Origin: Thermodesulfobacteriota bacterium
GTDB lineage: Bacteria > Desulfobacterota > Desulfarculia > JACQYL01
Assembly (NCBI GenBank): GCA_963675595.2
Contig: CAXXLZ010000002.1
Location: forward strand, 2,080,001 to 2,144,000
DNA: 64,000 nucleotides
Reading direction: 5' to 3'
Every line of letters begins with the position of its first letter. Position 1 is the first letter of the stretch. Below are positions 32,883 to 39,638 of this stretch, piece after piece. The position numbers and the translations under genes were made by a program. The notes beneath the pieces are model-generated. The model saw only the letters and a program-made list of their open reading frames with translations. It was not told where the DNA came from and searched no databases.

Positions 32883-34010
32883 TCATGTACCGCCCGCGGG
32901 ACTGCACGCGGGCGCTTCCGTCGGTTTGTTCCCGAGTTCGGATACCGGTTTGTTTCCGGGTTCCGCCGCCGGTCGCTCGGACGGGGACATGGAATCGTAA
33001 AGCAGCTTGATCCGTGTGGCTCCCACGGTCATGGCCACCATCATGGCTTCCTTCAGTTCCTCTTCACCGGCTCCCAATTCCCTCGCGACCGCAAGGCAAT
33101 AGTTGGCTCATGGATCGCAGCCGGCGGCCAGGGATGCTCCGAGGGCGATCAAGTGCTTGGTCTTCCGGTCCAGAACACCGTCCGCGTAAACGCCTTCAAA
33201 AAAATCCCCATATTTGTCCAATGGATTCATGTTCGACCCCTTGTCCCTCAAAGAATAAACCGGCGGCGACTCCGCCCGGATCAACACGCCCTTGGTCACG
33301 GGGGAGGAATCGAAACCCGTTTCGGACACCAACTCCACATGCGTGAATCCCGACGCCTGAATCATTTCCAGGAAAACCTTTCCCGGTATCGCGCCGCCCA
33401 GTCAATGGTGCCATTGAGATATCCGGCCGGCCTTGTCGGAAGGCGCCTCGCCCACCAGTACCTGATCCGCGATCATCAGGCGCCCTCCGGGCCTCAGGAC
33501 CCGACGTACCTCGCGAAGCGCCGCCTTCTTATCCCCGATCAGGTTGAACACGCCGTTGGAAAGCACTACGTGGAAACTGCGGTCCGGAAAGGGCAGGTCC
33601 GTGGCGGACCCTTCCAGGAAAGTCACGTTTCCAAACCCGGTCAGGTGCCGGTTCCGCTCCGCTCGGTGCAGCATCTCGGGCGTCATGTCCACTCCGGCGA
33701 CACGCCCCTCGGAACCCGTCATGAAGGCGGCCGCCAGCGAATCCACGCCTCCGCCGCAGCCGATGTCCAGCACGGTTTCGCCTTTTTCCACCGGACCCAG
33801 AAAGAAGGGATTCCCCACACCGCAATAAGACGCTGAGACCTCGTCCGGGAGATTGCGAAGGAAATCGGGGTCATATCCCAACAATTCGAGTCCCTTCCTC
33901 CCCGTGGGATATCGAAACATGCCCTCGGGACTTCCGGCCGCCTTCGAATACCTGGCCCGGATTCCCTCATGAATTTTTTCCAGATCGTCGCCGGATAGTG
34001 TTAGTTCCAC
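32883..34010 (-). CDS. ArsM-like SAM-dependent methyltransferase fused to AhpD/CMD domain; Sec at codons 203 and 301, possibly also 376
   Basis: Three track ORFs (33402..34010, 33108..33365, 32883..33077) are one frame joined by TGA: WHH-U-LGGA and AAGCDP-U-ANYC; SECIS-like hairpins at 33368-33386, 33081-33096, 32857-32870. Confidence 0.85.
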
Positions 34011-34158
34011 CGCTCATCCCCCATCTGTCTTACCAGCTTTGATGCCTCGGGCCGGTGTGTGCCGGTACGCCGCGCACCCCTGCGGCCGCCGTACCGGGTG
34101 CCCACAATGTGGTCCTATTCACGGGGTGTGCCGCAGGAGGACGTCGTCCCCCTGCCCC

Positions 34159-35543
34159 CATAAGCGCTAACTTAAGCCTTTTGTTTTGGTGAGGTTTATG
34201 GTACCGTTGCCGCCAAAGGAGGTGGCAATGGAGCGTCTCGTTTTTTCCGAGGAAATGGAAGACTGGGAAGTTCTCCAGGGTTTTCTTCCCGATGGCTGGC
34301 AATCCAAAGCAAGGGAACTTGGTGCCGTTGTCAGATACCGTAAGTTCGTGGACGCCGAAGGTCTGTTGCGAACGCTTCTGATCCATCTGGCGGAAGGTTG
34401 CTCACTTCGGCTGACGGCGGCCAAAGCCAGGTTCGGCAACATTACGTCGATTTCCGACGTAGCTCTCCTAAAACGACTGAATAAATGCGGAGAGTGGTTT
34501 CGGTGGATGGCCTTAGGGGTCATGGAGAAATGGTTTCGAAAGCTGCCCGCCGTTGTTTTTGGAGAGAATTCACGCATCAGGTTGATCGATGCCTCCACCA
34601 TTCAAGAACCTGGAAGTACCGGAACGACTTGGAGGGTCCATTATTCCATACAATTGCCTTCGCTGCGCTGCGACGAAGTCTATGTAACAGACCCCAAGAT
34701 CGGAGAATCCTTCACCAATTTCAAAGTCCATGGCGGTGAACTTCTTGTAGCGGATAGAGCCTATTGCACACCAAGAGGAATTCACCATGTCATAGACAAC
34801 GGCGGCGACGTCCTGGTTCGAATGAAACACCGTGTCGCCATGGTGGACAAGCAAGGGGAACGATTCCAATTACTCCCTCATCTAAGGACGTTACGTGTAA
34901 ATAAGCTTGGCGACTGGGATGCATTCGTTCCATTTGAACAACGCTTGGTTGCAGGTAGAATCTGTGCCATCAAGAAGAGCAAAGACGCCACTGAAAAAGC
35001 TCGTAAAGCGATAGAAAAAGAGGCGAGGAAAAAAGGTCGCCAAGTTACTCCGGACACCCTCGAAGCGGCGGCCTACATATTTGTTTTCACAACATTGGGC
35101 CGTGAAATCTCGCCCTCTCAGGTCCTCGAGATGTACCGAGGTCGATGGCAAATTGAACTCGCTTTCAAGCGTCTAAAGTCCATTCTCGGTTTAGGCCATC
35201 TTAGAAAGACCGACATCGAAGGAGCCAAGGCCTGGATCCATGGGAAACTACTGGTGGCTTTCTTAGTGGAGGCCATGATCGCCGCAGGCGAATCTTTTTT
35301 TCCCTGGGGATACCCACTCCAAAAAGAACCACCGTAGAAATCGATGCTTCTGGAGAGAGACCATGTTTATGTTACACCTGCTGAAACAAGCCGTGAACCC
35401 TAAACTCGGCTTGGCCGAATGCATTGCCGGCTGGGATAACATATCTTTTTATTTGCGAGAACCGCCAAGGAAACGAGCACTTCAGCGGCTGATTCCTCAG
35501 ACGGAAAGAAGCATAGCAAACAATGCTTAAGTTAGCGCTTATG
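34159..35543 (+). mobile_element. IS4-family element, copy 1 (1385 bp)
   Basis: Perfect 19-bp IRs CATAAGCGCTAACTTAAGC; 11-bp TSD CCCCCTGCCCC. Confidence 0.95.
34228..35337 (+). CDS. IS4-family DDE transposase
   Basis: IDASTI, ADRAY, YRGRWQIELAFKRLKS; SD AGGAGG. Confidence 0.95.
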   Translation: MERLVFSEEMEDWEVLQGFLPDGWQSKARELGAVVRYRKFVDAEGLLRTLLIHLAEGCSLRLTAAKARFGNITSISDVALLKRLNKCGEWFRWMALGVMEKWFRKLPAVVFGENSRIRLIDASTIQEPGSTGTTWRVHYSIQLPSLRCDEVYVTDPKIGESFTNFKVHGGELLVADRAYCTPRGIHHVIDNGGDVLVRMKHRVAMVDKQGERFQLLPHLRTLRVNKLGDWDAFVPFEQRLVAGRICAIKKSKDATEKARKAIEKEARKKGRQVTPDTLEAAAYIFVFTTLGREISPSQVLEMYRGRWQIELAFKRLKSILGLGHLRKTDIEGAKAWIHGKLLVAFLVEAMIAAGESFFPWGYPLQKEPP

Positions 35544-35555
35544 CCCCCTGCCCCC

Positions 35556-36940
35556 CATAAGCGCTAACTTAAGCCTTTTGTTTTGGTGAGGTTTATGGTA
35601 CCGTTGCCGCCAAAGGAGGTGGCAATGGAGCGTCTCGTTTTTTCCGAGGAAATGGAAGACTGGGAAGTTCTCCAGGGTTTTCTTCCCGATGGCTGGCAAT
35701 CCAAAGCAAGGGAACTTGGTGCCGTTGTCAGATACCGTAAGTTCGTGGACGCCGAAGGTCTGTTGCGAACGCTTCTGATCCATCTGGCGGAAGGTTGCTC
35801 ACTTCGGCTGACGGCGGCCAAAGCCAGGTTCGGCAACATTACGTCGATTTCCGACGTAGCTCTCCTAAAACGACTGAATAAATGCGGAGAGTGGTTTCGG
35901 TGGATGGCCTTAGGGGTCATGGAGAAATGGTTTCGAAAGCTGCCCGCCGTTGTTTTTGGAGAGAATTCACGCATCAGGTTGATCGATGCCTCCACCATTC
36001 AAGAACCTGGAAGTACCGGAACGACTTGGAGGGTCCATTATTCCATACAATTGCCTTCGCTGCGCTGCGACGAAGTCTATGTAACAGACCCCAAGATCGG
36101 AGAATCCTTCACCAATTTCAAAGTCCATGGCGGTGAACTTCTTGTAGCGGATAGAGCCTATTGCACACCAAGAGGAATTCACCATGTCATAGACAACGGC
36201 GGCGACGTCCTGGTTCGAATGAAACACCGTGTCGCCATGGTGGACAAGCAAGGGGAACGATTCCAATTACTCCCTCATCTAAGGACGTTACGTGTAAATA
36301 AGCTTGGCGACTGGGATGCATTCGTTCCATTTGAACAACGCTTGGTTGCAGGTAGAATCTGTGCCATCAAGAAGAGCAAAGACGCCACTGAAAAAGCTCG
36401 TAAAGCGATAGAAAAAGAGGCGAGGAAAAAAGGTCGCCAAGTTACTCCGGACACCCTCGAAGCGGCGGCCTACATATTTGTTTTCACAACATTGGGCCGT
36501 GAAATCTCGCCCTCTCAGGTCCTCGAGATGTACCGAGGTCGATGGCAAATTGAACTCGCTTTCAAGCGTCTAAAGTCCATTCTCGGTTTAGGCCATCTTA
36601 GAAAGACCGACATCGAAGGAGCCAAGGCCTGGATCCATGGGAAACTACTGGTGGCTTTCTTAGTGGAGGCCATGATCGCCGCAGGCGAATCTTTTTTTCC
36701 CTGGGGATACCCACTCCAAAAAGAACCACCGTAGAAATCGATGCTTCTGGAGAGAGACCATGTTTATGTTACACCTGCTGAAACAAGCCGTGAACCCTAA
36801 ACTCGGCTTGGCCGAATGCATTGCCGGCTGGGATAACATATCTTTTTATTTGCGAGAACCGCCAAGGAAACGAGCACTTCAGCGGCTGATTCCTCAGACG
36901 GAAAGAAGCATAGCAAACAATGCTTAAGTTAGCGCTTATG
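35556..36940 (+). mobile_element. IS4-family element, copy 2 (appears identical, tandem)
   Basis: Same IRs; identical ORF set offset by 1397 bp; 11-bp TSD CCCCTGCCCCC. Confidence 0.95.
35625..36734 (+). CDS. IS4-family DDE transposase (identical to copy 1)
   Basis: Identical translation in ORF track. Confidence 0.95.
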   Translation: MERLVFSEEMEDWEVLQGFLPDGWQSKARELGAVVRYRKFVDAEGLLRTLLIHLAEGCSLRLTAAKARFGNITSISDVALLKRLNKCGEWFRWMALGVMEKWFRKLPAVVFGENSRIRLIDASTIQEPGSTGTTWRVHYSIQLPSLRCDEVYVTDPKIGESFTNFKVHGGELLVADRAYCTPRGIHHVIDNGGDVLVRMKHRVAMVDKQGERFQLLPHLRTLRVNKLGDWDAFVPFEQRLVAGRICAIKKSKDATEKARKAIEKEARKKGRQVTPDTLEAAAYIFVFTTLGREISPSQVLEMYRGRWQIELAFKRLKSILGLGHLRKTDIEGAKAWIHGKLLVAFLVEAMIAAGESFFPWGYPLQKEPP

Positions 36941-36957
36941 CCCCTGCCCCCCTTCTT

Positions 36958-36991
36958 GCTCCTGCGAATCGCGCAGGCGATTCGCAGGAGC
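36958..36991. repeat. perfect 15-bp inverted repeat (REP-like hairpin)
   Basis: GCTCCTGCGAATCGC-GCAG-GCGATTCGCAGGAGC; no U-tract in the operon direction. Confidence 0.7.
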
Positions 36992-37081
36992 GGCATGTGC
37001 CGTCCAACCCGTTAAGACTCTAAAAGTTCTCAAAAAGGGTTCCCTCGGTCCCCCCTTCGAATGCTCACCGCATTGTCCCGA

Positions 37082-37390
37082 TTATCCTTCCATGGCTTCC
37101 GTCACCGCTGCGGAGAGAGCCCCCATTTCGGGAATGTGGTCGAAGGCAAGGCGTCCGTTGATCACCAGCGATGGAACCGGAGGTTTGTCTCCGCATAGCC
37201 GCTTGAGTTCCTCCTGCCTGGCGAGGCCCTCCCGTTCCCCCACGTCCACCACCGTCCACTCCAATCGCCCCTCGGGCAACTCTTCGGCCAATTCCTCCAA
37301 AACGGCCAATGCCAAATCACACAGCATGCATCCTTTCTTCTTGGCCACGATCTCCACGAATACCCGGCGGTTTTCCAGTGCCATAATCAT
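37082..37390 (-). CDS. thioredoxin/glutaredoxin-like protein (CxxC)
   Basis: VEIVAKKKGCMLCD, VPSLVING; start uncertain. Confidence 0.78.
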   Translation of the reverse strand: MIMALENRRVFVEIVAKKKGCMLCDLALAVLEELAEELPEGRLEWTVVDVGEREGLARQEELKRLCGDKPPVPSLVINGRLAFDHIPEMGALSAAVTEAMEG

Positions 37391-37512
37391 CCCTACGGAC
37401 AATAACGCCTCTCCGAGGTTGCGTTCTCCCCCATGAGGCCTGGTTTCAAACGGTTCCCGCACATTGCGCCTCGCCGGAAGGCACGCTTTCCCCTCCCGGC
37501 GAGCTGCGGATG

Positions 37513-37767
37513 TCAGTCTTCCTCTTCCACCTTGATCCTTACGTCCGCGTAGCGGGTTCTTTTCTTGATCTGAGTGATCAGTTTTTCGGGATCCGTCTGC
37601 GAAGGATCATATTTCACTTTCGCACGTTTAAACACGGTACTGGTCTCGTACTCCAATACACCGGGTGACTCATCCAGAGCCACTTTGACCATGCCTTCTC
37701 AAGTCAGTCACTCCATCCTGGGGATGTAGAACGCCACTTCATTCACGATCGTATTTTCTCCCGACAC
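37513..37767 (-). CDS. heavy-metal-associated (CopZ/MerP-like) selenoprotein with MxUxxU motif; not in ORF track
   Basis: SD AGGAGG, GTG 37767: MSGENTIVNEVAFYIPRME-U-LT-U-EGMVKVALDESPGVLEYETSTVFKRAKVKYDPSQTDPEKLITQIKKRTRYADVRIKVEEED; hairpin GTGGCTC-TGGAT-GAGTCAC at 37665-37683. Confidence 0.87.
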
Positions 37768-37859
37768 GTCCGCCTCCTTTCCACGGCTTCGCATCCTGAT
37801 TCGGGGCGGTCCCCAAAAGGTCAAGCCTTCGCACATCAAGCCGTTTCGAACCCTGATGC

Positions 37860-38210
37860 TCAGAAGTTGAAGACCTGGGCTTCGGCCGCCAGCTCGATGA
37901 GATGCGGTCCTCCGTCCAGCACCATATTGGAGTAGAATTTGGCCTCGTCCACCTGACGAGCGCGGGCGCAGGGAATTCAGACTCCCACGGGGATCTCGTG
38001 CTCCACCAGGTGGGGGAAATAATCGTTGGGACAATCTCCCGTTTTGGTTTTTTCGTTGAAATCCCGGGTGGAATCCGCCCAAAGCGTTCCGTCGTCGATG
38101 AAGAACAGATTGACCGCATGCCCGGCCGCATGGGCCACTTTGGCCAGCTGGAAACAACGCGTAGCCGAGTCCACCTCGTCCCTGCTCAATACAAACAGAA
38201 ATTTCGCCAA
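37860..38210 (-). CDS. DsrE/F-family selenoprotein (UxxC), Sec at codon 78
   Basis: KFLFVLS...VNLFFIDDG...PVGV-TGA-IPCARAR...EAQVFNF; hairpin CTCGTC-AGGTG-GACGAG at 37944-37960. Confidence 0.88.
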
Positions 38211-38264
38211 ACAGCGCCTCCTTTCTTCTCGGCCGAGACTCCGAAGAGGCCGAGGTTCATGGTT

Positions 38265-38738
38265 TCAATCGCTTGGAATGGAAGGAATCTTCCCCTCCGT
38301 TGCGAGCTTCTTGATCAAGAAACGGACTCCCGACCCGGAAACGCCCAGGTCTTCGGCAAGGCGAGCCGGATCGGCGCTTCCCTTGCTGCGCACCAAGGCG
38401 AGAACCTCCTCCTCCAGCTCTTCCAGCCAGTCCTCGAAGAGCACCAAAACTTCGGGCTCCGTAACCGCCTTCAATTGTTCGGATCGGCTCACCTTCTCCA
38501 CCAAACTTCGGCACATCTGCGTTGGATCGACACCTTCGTCCATGCATTCGGCCAGTCAACGGTGCACCATGCCGGCGGTCTTTTCATCGGCTCGCTCCCC
38601 GAAGAGTTCGACGACGAACCTGAGACGCTCCTCTTCTTCCATGAGCGCCAGACGTTTTCCGAGCAGGGAGGAAAGCAGGGGAAGCGCGTCCCGGTCTTCC
38701 ATGGAGTCCACCATCCGTTCCAAAGTCTCCAAATTCAT
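38265..38738 (-). CDS. tsoA: TsoA-like (xULAxC motif) selenoprotein with C-terminal winged HTH, Sec at codon 61
   Basis: Track ORFs 38556..38738 and 38265..38543 join as GMVHR-TGA-LAECMDEG; hairpin at 38523-38542 with AGGTG loop; family name recalled. Confidence 0.83.
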
Positions 38739-38758
38739 GGCGTTTTCCCCGTTGCAGG

Positions 38759-39124
38759 TTAGAAGATTTTGGCCGCTTTCCCGAGATCTTCGGCGAGGGA
38801 GGAAAGGCTCGTCAGGATTTCCCCCACACGTTCATCGGCCGACCGGTAATAAATGAAGGGGCCCCGCCGCTCCACTTGCACCAGAAAGGAACGTTTCAGT
38901 TCTTTGAGATGATGCGAAACCAGGGGTTGGGAGAGGCCGAGTTCCTCCACGATTTTCGACACGCTCTTTTCCTTGCGGCTCACACATAGAAGAATTCTCA
39001 GGCGATTCTCATCGGAAAAGCACTTGGACAGGAAGGCGACACCCTGAAGGTTCAGTGAATCCACGAGCCGCGTTGCGGAATCGACGGGCATGGGCGTCTG
39101 ATTTCGAGACGGAGGTTCAAGCAT
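38759..39124 (-). CDS. ArsR/SmtB family regulator heading the selenoprotein operon
   Basis: FSDENRLRIL, LSQPLVSHHLKELK, RRGPFIYY; start uncertain. Confidence 0.9.
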   Translation of the reverse strand: MLEPPSRNQTPMPVDSATRLVDSLNLQGVAFLSKCFSDENRLRILLCVSRKEKSVSKIVEELGLSQPLVSHHLKELKRSFLVQVERRGPFIYYRSADERVGEILTSLSSLAEDLGKAAKIF

Positions 39125-39163
39125 GCGGGTCCGTTCGCAATGAGGGTTCAACGTAATCAACAT

Positions 39164-39205
39164 ATCAATATACATTTATATATTGATCCCGCATGTCCTT
39201 GTCAA
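39164..39205 (-). promoter_or_regulatory. sigma70 promoter with overlapping palindromic operator
   Basis: TTGACA (39205-39200); ATCAATATA-N6-TATATTGAT at 39164-39187 covering the -10 region. Confidence 0.7.
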
Positions 39206-39357
39206 GCCTTCTTATGCGCCCCCTTTGAACCACGGCCCTTCAACGACCCTCTCACATCTATCCGCCGATCGTACGAAGTCATTGGTAAGCATTTGAAATC
39301 TCATCGCTATTCCAAATCACACTTTCTCGGGTTCTCGACCCTTCCCAAAAGGAAACT

Positions 39358-39386
39358 TTGACATTCTCGATCTTTTGAGCTATTTT
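39358..39386 (+). promoter_or_regulatory. sigma70 promoter of the small peptide gene
   Basis: TTGACA, 17 bp, TATTTT. Confidence 0.65.
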
Positions 39387-39419
39387 ATATCGGAATCATC
39401 AATAACAGGAGACAAAAAG

Positions 39420-39500
39420 ATGCTTACCCTGAAGTCCGTAGAGAAGAAGGTGGTGCGTCAAGGGAACAAGCCGGCTACGTGACACGGCCCTGAAGCGTAA
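39420..39500 (+). CDS. candidate 26-aa selenopeptide MLTLKSVEKKVVRQGNKPAT-U-HGPEA
   Basis: SD AGGAGA at 39407-39412, ATG 39420, TGA 39480-82, TAA 39498-500; hairpin AACCGCC-GGTC-GGCGGTT with loop 24 nt after the TGA. Confidence 0.7.
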
Positions 39501-39578
39501 ACCGCCGGTCGGCGGTTCCAAAACGGGTAAACCCCAACGGACGAGCTTCAAACCATGGACCCCGTTCCGTCGGGACCC

Positions 39579-39614
39579 AAAAAAACCCGGGATCGCTCCC
39601 GGGTTTCTTGTTTC
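39579..39614. terminator. intrinsic terminator, likely bidirectional
   Basis: AAAAAAACCCGGGA-TCGC-TCCCGGGTTTCTTGTTT between convergent genes. Confidence 0.8.
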
Positions 39615-39638
39615 TCAATCCCGATGCTTCACGCGCGG

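Noticed and set aside
34159-36940. Composite transposon carrying cargo
   Set aside because: Only 12 bp separate the two IS copies; there is no passenger gene.
36941-37081. Small gene interrupted by the tandem IS pair
   Set aside because: Rejoining the flanks gives only a short ORF (from ATG 36996) with no SD or motif; the site looks intergenic and hairpin-rich.
30013-39500. Genome-wide UGA reassignment (code 4/25) or pseudogene decay as the explanation for in-frame TGAs
   Set aside because: Core genes (rplJ, nusG, era, nadK) end normally at TGA. All internal stops here are TGA, mostly at Cys-motif positions, with hairpins at consistent spacing and no frameshifts or TAA/TAG.
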